DNA of 51,857 nucleotides, filler included, from Basidiobolus ranarum (taxonomy: Eukaryota): NCBI GenBank assembly GCA_040143965.1. It is 3 parts of 3 records of this genome, joined end to end, with 100 filler letters (N's around TTAATTAATTAA, not from the genome) between each part and the next. Parts side by side here need not be neighbours in the genome. Positions count along the whole stretch, not along the records: positions 1 to 17,242 come from JASJQH010007186.1; 2 more parts are not named here. The stretch is one strand, 5' to 3'. Every line of letters begins with the position of its first letter. Positions within the stretch are counted from its first letter, which is position 1. Both the position numbers and the translations under genes were made by a program. The notes below the pieces were generated by a model. That model ran no database searches, was not told the DNA's origin, and was given only the letters and a program-made list of their open reading frames with translations. Positions 1 to 11,822 of the stretch are shown here, piece after piece.

Positions 1-1
1 A

Positions 2-433
2 TCACTTGAGACTGGACGTAATATTGTTGCGACACTATCAGGGTTTTTCTTCTCCCTCGGATTATCGGTCTCGGGTATGTCCAATCCCGCCAAGGTCCTT
101 GACTTTTTGCGGATTTTATCGCCCAAGTGGGATCCATCGCTTGCGTTTGTTGCTCTTGGAGGATTGATTCCTTATGGAGTCCTATACCACACATCCATCA
201 AACAATCGCCTAAACCAGCCTTGGCTCCTGAGTTTGACGTGCCCACGTCCACAACTATCGACAAGAAGCTTGTTACTGGAGCATCAATATTTGGTATTGG
301 ATGGGGCCTGGCTGGAGTCTGCCCTGGCCCAGCCATAGTAGGAGCAGCCTCATTCTTATCTACAGGAGCGGTAGGTCCATTGATTTTCTTGGCCTCTATG
401 GTAGCTGGAATGGTAGTTGCCTCGAAAGCATAA
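2..433 (+). CDS. YeeE/YedE family (thiosulfate/sulfur transport) membrane protein, 5'-truncated
   Basis: The frame is open from the window start: FSLGLSVSGMSNPAKVLDFL...WDPSLAFV...LVTGASIFGIGWGLAGVCPGPA, which are characteristic YeeE/YedE motifs. Stop TAA at 431-433. Confidence 0.9.
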   Translation, partial: SLETGRNIVATLSGFFFSLGLSVSGMSNPAKVLDFLRILSPKWDPSLAFVALGGLIPYGVLYHTSIKQSPKPALAPEFDVPTSTTIDKKLVTGASIFGIGWGLAGVCPGPAIVGAASFLSTGAVGPLIFLASMVAGMVVASKA

Positions 434-547
434 AAAGCGAGTTATTAAATAATGGACCAGCAAGTGACTGGGAGAAATATCAAAATATTGAAGCAATAAA
501 TTTTCAAGCTATATACTTCAACTGAATCTCTTACTCTTTTCATACCC

Positions 548-577
548 ATCAAGGTACCGTCAATCAAGGTACCGTCA
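548..577. repeat. Perfect 15-bp tandem duplication (ATCAAGGTACCGTCA x2)
   Basis: Directly visible at 548-562 and 563-577. Confidence 0.9.
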
Positions 578-849
578 GTGCGTGAGATGTTGTAAGAAGG
601 GTACTATGTAACCAAAAATAGACTTATTGCTCTAGCTAAATTAAGTGTGTAAGATAAAGTATGAAAACTAGCAGTTCCGTTCCGGTTACCCATCCTTTTG
701 TGGAATATTCGCATCTATCCTTTTATAGAACAAATATTATATATATGTACAGCTACACTAAGTCAGTAAAAAACGATCAAACGCGATGGAAATCAGTTTT
801 GGTGATAAGCTACACAAATTCTCATGTTGAGCTCAACGATTGGCATTGG

Positions 850-1790
850 GCTCTTATTTGAAGCCACCACGTGAGTATTGAATTGGAAATTGTTGATTAA
901 CAATAATCCAAATGAGGATGCTCACAATTGTGGCGATGTGTAGGCTGCGTTGCGAGCATGTACTATGAAATGAGATCACTAATGAGGACATTACATATGA
1001 TCATCGTAAAGCCTGTAATGATGCTATCCTAAAGATGAGTTAAAAATGGGCAATTCTACTCTACAAAGGAGTGCAGACCTTCGAGACTTTACGTGTTGGA
1101 TAGGTGCTTTGCCAGGAGAATTGAGGATGTAAGATTTGAGTTGCTAGCTTAGGAAGATCCTCAATTACATGAAAGAATTCCCACTAGAGTAACAGTTGTC
1201 CAGAATGGTCTGCCCAAGACTGGCAAATATCATTGGAGACTTAGTAGTGAGGCTCATACTAATGAGCCTGCTACTGTTGCCAATCTCCAGGATGTAATGG
1301 GCGCAAAAGATACGAATGCCTATAGAGAATATTCCATCAAGTCTTATGAGGTCTTCAAAGGCTGTATTCTACTCGATTTCGACTTATCAACCAATGAAGA
1401 AATCCCCATTGAAGAGGTGGAGCCCTGAACAGAAATTGCGTGTTTTTATACAGGAGCCATGAGCTATTGCTTTATTTCCTATGTGGCTCTTTCCTTGCTA
1501 TCATAATGAATAAATTGGGAGGTAAAAGCAATTTCATTTGTCTCTCCTCCGCCTTGGCGATAGGCTGATTATGGAAGCTAAGCCAATGTTGACTAACCGT
1601 GACTCCGTGTATATTCAAAGCAATGTAGTGAAGACTGGTCGCGTAGTGGGTGCTACCCTTAGTTTCTCACTTAGCTCTTGGAATCATCTTGGAGTTGGAA
1701 CACAAGGCCTTTCAGGAGGTTGCATTGTGGGCTGCCCATCATCTGAGACCTCGGTCAATTCGAACAAAATGTTAACATTGGTAATGTATG
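850..1790 (+). pseudogene. GLT1: Glutamate synthase (NADH-GOGAT) pseudogene fragment, internally deleted
   Basis: Manual translation across frameshifts gives ILKMS/KMGNSTL/YKGVQTFETL, RIEDVRFELLA*EDPQLHER, GLPKTGKYHWRLSSEAHTNEPATVANLQD, IPIEEVEP*TEIACFYTGAMSY, LAIIMNKLGGKSN. It then jumps to LRLGDRLIMEAKPML...VVKTGRVVGATLS and QGLSGG. These match GLT1 motifs such as LPESGEYH, VEPWTEI..RF..GAMSYGSIS, AMNRLGGKSN, NTDRALG.TLS and GKGLSGG. Stops and frameshifts are present. Confidence 0.88.
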
Positions 1791-2481
1791 CCTAAACATT
1801 CAGTAATATTCACTAGGTTGATAAATAGATTATATATCATGTATGAGTTTTGATTCCTGGTCCACCAATTTTATTAAAGCTGAACTTGAAGCCTTGCTTA
1901 TGCTAGGCGTTGACCAGTTCATCATCAAATACCACTTTTGCAAAGGTACAGGCAGTATCGCAACAGAAAACTATAATATTTGGGAAAATTTCCAACATTT
2001 GTAGGGTACTGATATTATAGGATATGAACTTTTATGGCAGAAAACGTTGATGAATAGAGATGTTCCAAATGGTTTTATGAAAGTGGATATGAAGTGTGCA
2101 ACATTTGGAATTCGTAGGATGATGGTATATTTGAAGCATGTTCAAGAGCTGTGATTAGTCATGCATCATCTGATACAGTTCAATCTTATCGTATTGGAAA
2201 ATGGAGAGTATGGAAGCCAGAACTGCAGGTTACTTATTGGAAGAAACGGTAAGTATCCAAATGGTGGTTTGACAAGTTGCAAGTGCCATATTAATATACT
2301 TGAAGCAACCAATATTGCAATAGTGTATTGATAGTAATGTACTTTTTTGAATTTAGTTCAAGTTACCTTTAGTTCAGCAGATATGAATCCACTTTCTTTA
2401 CAAAACATTGACATTCTCGAGAAGCTACGCCATAAGAAGCTACAAATCCTCTGGAAATTGCGAAAGCAAAGGTGGCAATCA

Positions 2482-3412
2482 CTGTTGAAATTAGCTTTGC
2501 CTAAACACCTATATAGTCATATATAGCTTAGTACTTAGTTATCTCATGTTTCACTAAGATATTACCCATTATTCTCATAAGGAATTTACTTAGAAGTTCT
2601 CAGATATATAGATTTTTCAAAGAAGCCCCAAACTTTGCACACATGTTCCTAGGACCTTCCTTAACACATTCTATACGTTAGTTTGTTTACATCTTGACAA
2701 AACTATAAATGTCAACTGAATACTCAATAAATCAACGAGTGAAAACCACCAATTTCTCTAATTCTCCAAACCACTTCCAACAGGCTCCCAAATACTTTAA
2801 CAATCACTTGTGTTGAATCAAAATAAGTTTCGAAATATATAGCACTGATTTGCAACAATACTAGCTTAAGACTTCTACAAATGGGCTGGTAGGGAGTTGC
2901 CTGAATATCTCTTCCTTATTCTGATGCAGATACACTCATGGTTTGTGATGAAAGACAGGTTGGAAATTGGCCAGCAAGGTCAATAGTTGAATGGAGGATT
3001 GTTGCACCACATTTGGTGTTTTACAACTTTAGTAATGCACAATCCCAAGAAAACTAGTGATGAGTAAAGATGCTACATAACCAGGTATGTAATTGTTGGT
3101 AATCAAGAATAACAAGATGCAGGTAGGAAAGAACTGCATGAAATACTTGCATTACGGCCAGCCCGAGTTTGACATTTATAGTTTTGTCAAGATGTGAACA
3201 AAAAAAACGTGTGTGATGTGTGAAGGATGGTCCCAGGAACATATGTACCAAGTTTGGAGTTTCTAGCTTGAGTTTGAAATATCTATATATCTGAGAACTT
3301 CTAAGTAAATTCCTTTTGAGAATAGTGAGTGATATCTAGGTGAAATATGGAATAACTAAATACTAAGCTATATATGACTATATAGGTGTTTAGGCTATGC
3401 TAATTTCAACAG
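2482..3412. mobile_element. Non-autonomous DNA transposon / MITE-like element (931 bp) with ~235-245 bp terminal inverted repeats
   Basis: 2482-2715 (CTGTTGAAATTAGCTTTGCCTAAACACCTATATAGTCATATATAGCTTAGTA...AAAACTATAAATGTCAA) is an imperfect reverse complement of 3169-3412 (...TATAGGTGTTTAGGCTATGCTAATTTCAACAG). The right flank is TA and the left flank is CA, a possible decayed TA target duplication. There is no intact transposase inside. Confidence 0.85.
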
Positions 3413-4026
3413 TATTTGTAGTCTACAAGGGTCTGACATGGTAGGGAACTGATATATGCGTAGTGAGCCACTAATGAGATGAGGGTAGTGAATGTAACAA
3501 CGGGTAAAATACTTGAGACTTGTCCCAAATTATTTTGCGACCAGCTCCTAGTTCTAATAGATATATTTCTAGTTTACACATAGCCCTTAGCTTCTATTCT
3601 CGACTCGGCAATGATCGTTTGAAAGTGGGTAATTGCGACTAGTGATACTGAAATGGCCTGATTGATTCAAGATGGCGCAATCGAACTGGTTATACATGAC
3701 TTACCATATGTGACTCTTTAGGTCAATGACTGCTAGAATTTAGCTTATTCAACAACTGCTAAACCAGCGGTTTCCAGTGATCTAAAGTAAAGGGGGTAAA
3801 GAATATTAAGTCACATGTTGCCTCTTCAGTCCGTATGTGGCATATGCGTGTAGTTACATATTTTAAGCTTTGGACACGCGATTCATCAAATTAAGTATTT
3901 CATAATTATTTTAGCTGACAATGAAAGAGCTTAGATCCTCCATGTGGCTATAGGCTTGGTTAGATACATTTCCATCGCTTTATTAAAAAATCGCCATGTA
4001 CACTGTAGTCTAGCAATGCCAGAAAC

Positions 4027-4347
4027 CTAGACACATGGACATCTGAGTGACCGGACCCGGTGAGGAAATCTACTATATCCAGAGTGATCGACATCAAAGC
4101 CATTACCACCACAACGTACTTCGGAATATGCTGTGCATTTATGAGATCCAGCGGAATATCCAGAAATGAATGGCCCTCCAGTAAGGTTGATGCAGGCATC
4201 CCCACTGTTAACATTAAGGCAATTTCTCTTTCCTTGTTCTTTGCAAACAAATATGCTGCTTCCACTTTTGAACGGGCTACACCAAGCTCTACAATGGGTA
4301 ACTAAACCAAGTATCCCGACAGTCATCAATGTTTTGTTCAACTTCAT
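4027..4347 (-). CDS. Small secreted cysteine-rich protein (106 aa), possibly beta/gamma-crystallin-like / killer-toxin-like fold
   Basis: Intact intronless ATG-TAG ORF. The N-terminus MKLNKTLMTVGILGLVTHCRA looks like a signal peptide. The mature part of about 85 aa has 8 Cys, with the pattern ACINL...KCTAYSEVRCGG...VRSLRC. Confidence 0.75.
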   Translation of the reverse strand: MKLNKTLMTVGILGLVTHCRAWCSPFKSGSSIFVCKEQGKRNCLNVNSGDACINLTGGPFISGYSAGSHKCTAYSEVRCGGNGFDVDHSGYSRFPHRVRSLRCPCV

Positions 4348-6435
4348 ATCGACGGCTATATTTCATGAATAGGTATTAGTTAATTGAATTGATCTTGGTA
4401 TATGACAAATAGCTTACTTGCAGAGTGGAGACCTCGTTGTAGGTTGAACCTTCAACTCTCTATCTTTTATATCTCCAAGTCGCTCAGTATCGAGTCACAC
4501 AACAGTACGTACGCCATTGGCATGCATCAACTGGGCAAATCTTTATGCATGAAGATCAATCAAAAGTCCGATATCATAGGCCGAGTACAGAGAAGATCAA
4601 ACAATGTTTAAGCCCCTATGTAGATACTCGGATACATCTAGTCGCAGTCAGTGCAAAACTTAATCTTGGAGTCGTATGGTACAAGCACCTATGATTAGTG
4701 CTCTCACACAACATGATGAATAGTCATCGAATTTCCGAATTTGTTGGACTGGCATGTACTAGGCAAACGCACGGACAACCCTGTGGACATGATTCAATAC
4801 AAAAGACTCCTCAAACTCAGACTAGCTTCAATACTGTAACTGACTGAAACAGATCAGGTTTATTGCTATATTTCTTTTCTCTCCTATCACCGGAAGTAAT
4901 TAGGCCTTACCATTGGCCTTCGTTCTTTAAATATCTGTGAAACGAAATTTAAATGAGAAGTTCTCATGTACCACGTGTATGTGCCAAATGTAGAGTATGT
5001 AAGCAAGGTTACATAGTGTTAGTACTTGAGATCAGTTAGGATTCGAATCAAAGGATCATTATTTGCTGGGAGATTTTCGAAACTTCAGTTGGAGCTCAAT
5101 TCTATATTGTTGATGTTTTCAAGTTGAGCTGATGGTTTAAAATTCTTTGAAAAGATTCATAACATCAAACATGAATGGAACGCCCTTGACCCCTGCTCTA
5201 TTTCCCCCAAAGCCCTGTAGAATATGTTCATTGCCACTTTCTATGACTTTACGTAACAGTATTTATGCTGCACTTCTCAAGGCTTGTATTATGTTTCCAT
5301 ATTGTTTTATTGAATACAGCATGAACTGTATTGTTTTGCCACTCTGTCTATTCTCTAAAGGTCACCTAAAAAATGGAATTAGGATTCGAGGATTTCCGAG
5401 CAGTGATAAACTAAGATAAATATACACATGGCAAAAATTAGCCACTCTTCTATACCGATGAGAGGTGTTTTGGAAACCCTACCAAATAGATACATTCAAA
5501 AGATCAAGCCAAGCAACAAAACTAGCTTAGCAGGTTGCAGTATTAGAGTTAAACACTTAGAGATTAATATATCATCCTCAAGAGAAGTATAAATACTTGT
5601 TTTCAATTCAATAAAACAGCGTCGGTCACAAAACATATGCCATTTACTAATCTTAATTCGATTTAGATGCAAATCAATTTGCGAAATTGCTCTCATCCTA
5701 TAATTTCAGCACTTAATATACGTGACCAAAAGGTAGGCAATGAGCTATCATTAACCATAATTCCATACAACGTCTTACTCATTCTGCCATCAAATCTACG
5801 GAATACAATGAGGATATCCATAATCATTCAGTACCTTACCTACGACTTGATTGCTTATGATGTACATATTGGCAACTGTCATTGATACCCTGAAGATGTG
5901 GGCTATCTTGTAAGTGTGTATTCCTGCTTGATGTCTAAATACAACATCATACCTGATACGCAACAATCTTTACTTATCTAGGCTGCATTCACTTTTGTGT
6001 ATGTAGGTTATAGCTCAAGTAGTTCATTTTATTCAGGGACCGATTTTATTACTACTCCTTCATATTCTACATGGTGTTAATATAAGTGTTGAAAGAATGT
6101 TACTCTTTGAACCGTTGATAATGTTGAGTATTACCAATTTGATTCGGATTATGCTACCTTGCTTAACAACTGGCCATTAGCTTAGATCCCCTGGTATGCA
6201 AGCATTACCATGCCATCAAGCAACATTTCAATGTTGTTATATTGCATGAGCTTCACATTCACCATAATGGTTATAATGAACATGGACAAGCTTTGGAATG
6301 ATAATCAAATTACATAAATAACTGAATCTATTACAAGACCATGGAGGAAAAAGGAGCTATCACACATAGATTTGTCAAAAAAATTGGTGAACCTTAAACT
6401 GTTTCATCCCATTATGGATTACAACCCTTGATGGT

Positions 6436-6782
6436 TGTTGAAATTAGCATTGCCTAAACACCTATATAGTCATATATAGCTTGGTACTTAGTTATCTTAT
6501 AATTCACTAAGATATTATCCATTATTCTCATAAGAAATTTACTTAGAATATGACACCAACTTAAAAGTTCTCAGATATATAGATTTTTCAAACCTGTGCT
6601 AGCCCCAAACTCTGCACACATGTTCCTGGGACCTTCCTTAACACATTCTACACGTTAGTTTGTTTACATCTTGAAAAAAACTATAAATGTCAACTGAATA
6701 CTCAATAAATCAACAAGTGAAAACCACCAATTTCTCTAATTCTCCAAGCCACTTCCAACAGGCTCCCAAATACTTTAACAAT
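6436..6782 (+). mobile_element. Second copy of the left end (TIR plus subterminal region) of the same transposon family
   Basis: Direct repeat of 2483-2804 with scattered substitutions and short indels (e.g. extra TATGACACCAACTTAAAA). Both copies end at ...CTCCCAAATACTTTAACAAT and then diverge. Confidence 0.85.
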
Positions 6783-6939
6783 GGTAAGGTGGCTAGAAAT
6801 TCAAACAAGTTAATATTCCAAGAAATGGCTATTTGCATACAAATAGCAGCACAAGAGGAGATTTAGTCTGATTTGCAGAAACATAGTAAATGAAAGATGT
6901 ATAGGGAAAAAAGTGAATCAGTTGTGAGCACTGGTAGTA

Positions 6940-7830
6940 CATAGGGAATATCTACATTTTCTGTACACTACAATACCTTTTGTAATACCGTTTTGACCCG
7001 AAGCTTCGCAATATGGGAACCAACCAATAACTTCTCCAACTCGGAGATATACAATTATATTAGGTTTTCCACCTCTTCATGCTCATTTCCTTGGAGTAAC
7101 GGAGTGAAGTACTTGGGAAACTGGCTAGTCATAGCTTGTCCAAGTCAATACAGAGCGATTATGATAGTGAATGATTATTTAGGGAGTCCACTACTAGTAT
7201 TCATGTAGATGTACTACGAGACACAAGAAACTGCTAACCTGGAGTTGTGGTTATTCTAGCATGGCATTAGCATAACTGGATTCTCAAAGTTGTATGTGAG
7301 AACTTCCAATAGGTATTGTTTTGAAAACATGTGAAGCATTGGGCAACTTTACTTCCTCATAAATCACTTTCAACATATTGAGTTTTAGGACATAGATTGA
7401 ATATTCAAAAGTAGACAGAATACATTTGCCATAAGGAATTGGAGCCGAAAGGTTTACACCGCTAGTGTGGTATGAAAATAATACTCTATACGAACTCTAC
7501 AACTCAATCAACGATATATCAATATTATCCGGTAACACGCAGGTGGTATCCATTAGTCAGCAAAAATAAGAAATTGTCAACATGAATACATATTACTCTA
7601 CCATGTGCGACACTTCAAAGTTAGATAAAAGCGAAAATTTACCTCCAGAAGTCCAATCCTATAAATCTTCATTGAGCCTAGAACCACGGATATTTAATCA
7701 ACCAGGTTGTACTAGCAATAACTTGGACTAGAGTGCTTGAACACTTCAAGCATTACGAACACCACTTTCCTTGATTGCTATTTAAAAATCTAATAATGTT
7801 TGAGAAGTCGTCACAAATTAGCCTGATTTT
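6940..7830 (-). pseudogene. Possible degenerate multi-exon gene relic of unknown identity
   Basis: Protein-like stretches with sparse stops lie on the minus strand (TSQFPKYFTPLLQGNEHEEVENLI*LYISELEKLLVGSHIAKLRVKTVLQKVL*; CKPFGSNSLWQMYSVYF*...FSKQYLLEVLTYNFENPVML). Some are followed by GT donor-like sites. Family not recognised. Confidence 0.3.
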
Positions 7831-8623
7831 ACCCTGCGATTGTCAAGCAAATTCTATAATCCCATTTCCATACTTTTCTATGGCTTGGTTAATATGCAAT
7901 CGATGGGTCGATTACTAATTTGCCTAGACACTTGACACAAAGACATCCACAGACCAACAGAGGTATCCGTTGGGGATATGTAGTAAATATCCACAACCAC
8001 GCCTTACTATTCTATGCATCTACTTTCTGCACTATGCTCTATCAGACTAGGGTTAGCCCATACCATTCTAGTAACACATCAACATTCTCAGTAAGAGCAC
8101 CTTTGTCCAATGTTAGATGGAATAAAGCCGAGATAAACTGCACCGTGATGTATTTCTCCGGAGAACAAAGATCCTTCCATAATTCGAGACAAGCTCAAGC
8201 TTTAGAAGCAAATAATGGCACTATAATTTATGCTAATTGTACCTATAATAAAGTGATTTTTATATTTCGTTTCACGATTAACTCATGTAACAGTAAGAAA
8301 TAGAAAGGAAAGGTGAATAAGAACCCTATTTTAAACATTACAGTCCTACTAGAAATGGGACGGGTACCCGTATCGACGAATCCCTCTTCCATATGAACGA
8401 GAAAGGTTAAAGGATATGCGAAAATGAAGAGAGTACATAGTGACGAAATATTAGTGAAACGGTGAAAGTGGAATACATAGTTTGGCTCATTGAAGAGATC
8501 CGTCAGTAGGCTTTTGCTATTGTGCTTGGCACAAATTAGATTATTATGATAACTTTATGGTCCATTGGATGAAAGGAAAGGAGAGATGGAATAAATGTGC
8601 TAAGGATCTCATATCCTCTAGTT

Positions 8624-10531
8624 TTACTCAGTTGGAGCCGGTTGAGGCGATCCACTTCCAGCTTTCCAACCGGATATACTGATTCTCTTTAATGCTGCAC
8701 GGAAGCCATTTATTGGACTTGCATTCACAGAGTTGGATCTACGAACACGGGTGGTCTTTCCAACGCTTTCTTCTTTGCTTCCTTGTTCCTCAGGTTCTTC
8801 AAATGAAATCTTGGTAGGTGGGTAGTAGACTGTGTTGGCACGACCGCGAAGGGGGGTTACTGGGGCAGATTTGATGGAGGGCACATTCAATTCCAAGGAA
8901 TTTCGACTTTTTACGCTAGACGCAGAGGGTTTAAGGGGTTCATTGCGCGGAGCAGTGTAATCAGAGGCCAACACTTCCATCATCTGGCCACTCTCCATAA
9001 TCCGTGTAAGGATTTTATTGACATACAGTGTTAGAGCTTTGTTTTCATCTTTAAGCGTCTTGTTTTCATCTTTAGATAATCGGACGTCATCTTTGAGTTC
9101 TATCAAGAGCTTAGGTCAGAATCAATGTTGACAAAAGGGGGATTACTTCGAAACTTACTTTCAACCATGAAATTGGATTCAGAGAAGGTTTGAGCAATAG
9201 GGGAAGTAGGAGCGGATAGAATCTCTATGGCTAATGGAGCTACCTCGTCTTCTTCTTCGATTGTGTCAAATCGATTCTAAAACCAAGACTCGCCTTAGTT
9301 AAGTTGGTAAATTGCAATCAAGGGAAATAGTAACCTGTAATAGAGGGTTGAGCATAAAACTCCCGCTCATGGTCTTCTCATGTAAAAGAACTTGATAAGA
9401 CTCGTTCTCCTCCATCAACGTTTGATTCACTTGTTTCAACTGATTCTTTTCATTCTCCAATGCCGCCATCTTTAGTGACTGATGTTCGTAGCGTGCAATA
9501 GCCTCCTGAGTGGCTTGTTTACCCTAAGTAATATCTTACTTAGCAAAAACAGAGTCGAAGTATTAAGAAATATGAAGCATTGTTTCGAAAAGATACCTTC
9601 TCAATCTCTTCCCTAAGCTCTGAAATCAATCGGTCTTGGGATTTGACTGTTTTTGAAAGGATTCTATTCTCCTTTAGAAGTGCGGCAGTATCGGGGGAAT
9701 TTTGACCGTTGACTTCCTCAATGGACCCTATATCCAAGACTGAAGTTTCAGTCTCGTCTCATTGGGAGTAACAGGAATATGATTAGATTACCTCTGGTAT
9801 TAGAACGTGTTATGGAAGGCGTATGCTTTAGTTTTTGAAGGGATTTAATTTGACCGGAGAGTTGGTTAATTTTCTCCGTAAAAGAGTTTCTTTCTTTTTC
9901 AAAGGAGATGGTCTAAACCCCGAGGATATGTATGAAGAAAAAATGGCATTATTTTTCCGAGTAATACAGAAGTTGACAATAATTAAAAAGAAAGTAACCT
10001 CCAATTCCAATTTCTTTTCCATATCACGACGTGAACGGTTAAGTGTTTGACTTTCTTGCCTCAGTTCACCTAGCTCCGTCTCATACTGATATAGTTGACT
10101 TTCCAAACGATTATACATATTACCTGTAACAGCCGTCTCCTGTTGAATAGCGGTATATTTCTATCAAAAGAAGTAAAATAATCCAACATTTAGCACAAAT
10201 TTCCAGTTAAATCAAGAGCCGAGTCTACTCGAAGGGCTATGGGTCATTTGTAGACCAAGTGGAGGAAAATTTTATCACCTTTTTGAAGAATTCGTTTTCA
10301 TTGGATAGAGTAGCGTTACTCTCCTTGGCTTCCTGTAACTTTGTCAAGAGCTAAGAAGGTTGTGTGAGTACAGTCAATATATGAGACTCTATGAAAAAGA
10401 AGTTATTGAGGGAATAAAACGTCCATTGGGCTTACTTTTAGGTTTTCATCCTGGATTTGATCCAGCTCTTGTTTAATTGACAAGACTTCGGTGCTTGCGG
10501 AAGATATAGCTAAAGTAGGATCCCCCATCAT
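8624..10531 (-). CDS. Multi-exon coiled-coil protein with a FIP-RBD (Rab11-binding)-like motif
   Basis: ATG at 10531 (MMGDPTLAISS...). GT-AG-spliced heptad-rich exons include TLMEENESYQVLLHEKTMSGSF and LKDENKALTLYVNKILTRIMESGQMMEVL, followed by a low-complexity S/P/R tail. Stop at 8624. Confidence 0.75.
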
Positions 10532-11822
10532 TGGTAATTACAAGGTATTATTTGGGAAGGTAACAGTGCTCAAAGCTAAGGTGGCGGTTAAGTAATAGGT
10601 AATAAGCAAAGCACCAAACTTTACGGAAAGGGTAGTCAAGGTTGGGTAAATGATAATCAACCCAAGAATTTTAAAATATCTATATTCTAATATAATCCGA
10701 AGTACAAATGAACTTAATTAATCGTGACAACCGGGACCAACTCTAATGAGCCAAGCAACAAATGATAGTGGAATGACAAATTAAGTTCGGGAATCGATGT
10801 TACCAACATGAGAAATCACCTATTTCTCATATGCTTGCTTAAATTTTATGACTAATAAGGGAATTGTTATGGGCCTATTTTCAGTCAATATTGTGTGCAT
10901 CCTAAATAATTCTCATTAGAAAAACCCAGCCTATACACTATAAAAAGATTGGGTCATGCGATCAGGGAGCAATTACTCCCTCGGCTCCTAATAATTTCAA
11001 TTTACTTGATACTTTTTATGTTGGATCTCATAGTTCAGGCCAATCACCTACCCCTCCACAGCGCTTGGAGTGGAATCAGCCATTGTAGGATACTTGAGGT
11101 GCAATGTTAATTAGCGGTAGAGGTGCTTCTAATTGGCTATGGCATTCAATTATGACCTATCAGGGCCTTATATCTGCAATTAAGGCCAGAGGTGCTGCAC
11201 TTGATATCACCCAATTAGTGATGTGTGGCTAGTCTAATCCCAACCCTAATCGCTATCGTTATCGTCAGTGCTGCACTCTATAACCTTATCTAAGCTTCCA
11301 CACCACAGCGACCATAGGTAGAGACATTCCCAAGGGCCAATTTAGAGTTCTTAGCCAGCAATTCAACGGCCAAATCGTAGTAAAGCAGAATCGCACGAAG
11401 AGCATTATTGATATCTCCTTGTTCATTTCTGTCTAGTGAGTTTCCACGTAATACTCACGATGTTTGTAGCCATGCGTTGTTATACGCTCAAGGTACACTG
11501 GTGTATATCCGACCCTGACAAATGCTTGGTGATTATATCCTGTAACCATTTTGATGGGTCCATTGGCACTCAGAACACATATATTTCAATTGGGTTTACT
11601 ATAAAAGTGAATGAATATCAAATTGGATGTGCATAAAGATGTAAAGGGCCAAAGGATTGAGTGCATGTGTGGGTGTTGGTGTGGGTATGTATTAAAATAA
11701 ATAAACACTGGCAGATTATAAGGGCGAGGGTAGTATTACTGTACACATCTCTAGCACCCTATAGTCAAGTCTATGATAGGTTGCTGATTGAGTGAATATC
11801 GAATAGAAATGTCAGTGATCGC

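Noticed and set aside
2020..2255. AG...GTAAGT-bounded exon-like stretch downstream of the GLT1 relic
   Set aside because: All frames contain stops and I could not match any to GLT1 or another family.
3960..4372. Alternative overlapping ORFs around the secreted peptide, and antisense ORFs over ETFDH, CAT2, subtilisin and ubiquitin
   Set aside because: Shadow frames of real genes with no independent motifs.
9524..9596. Intron with GTATCTTT 5' end, resembling a U12-type donor
   Set aside because: The U12-like branch sequence lies too far from the acceptor and a U2-type GCTAAG is near the 3' end, so it is most likely an ordinary intron.
10950..11450. Short internal repeats (AGAGGTGCT, GTGCTGCACT) suggesting an LTR or transposon fragment
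   Set aside because: No second copy, termini or coding signature in the window.
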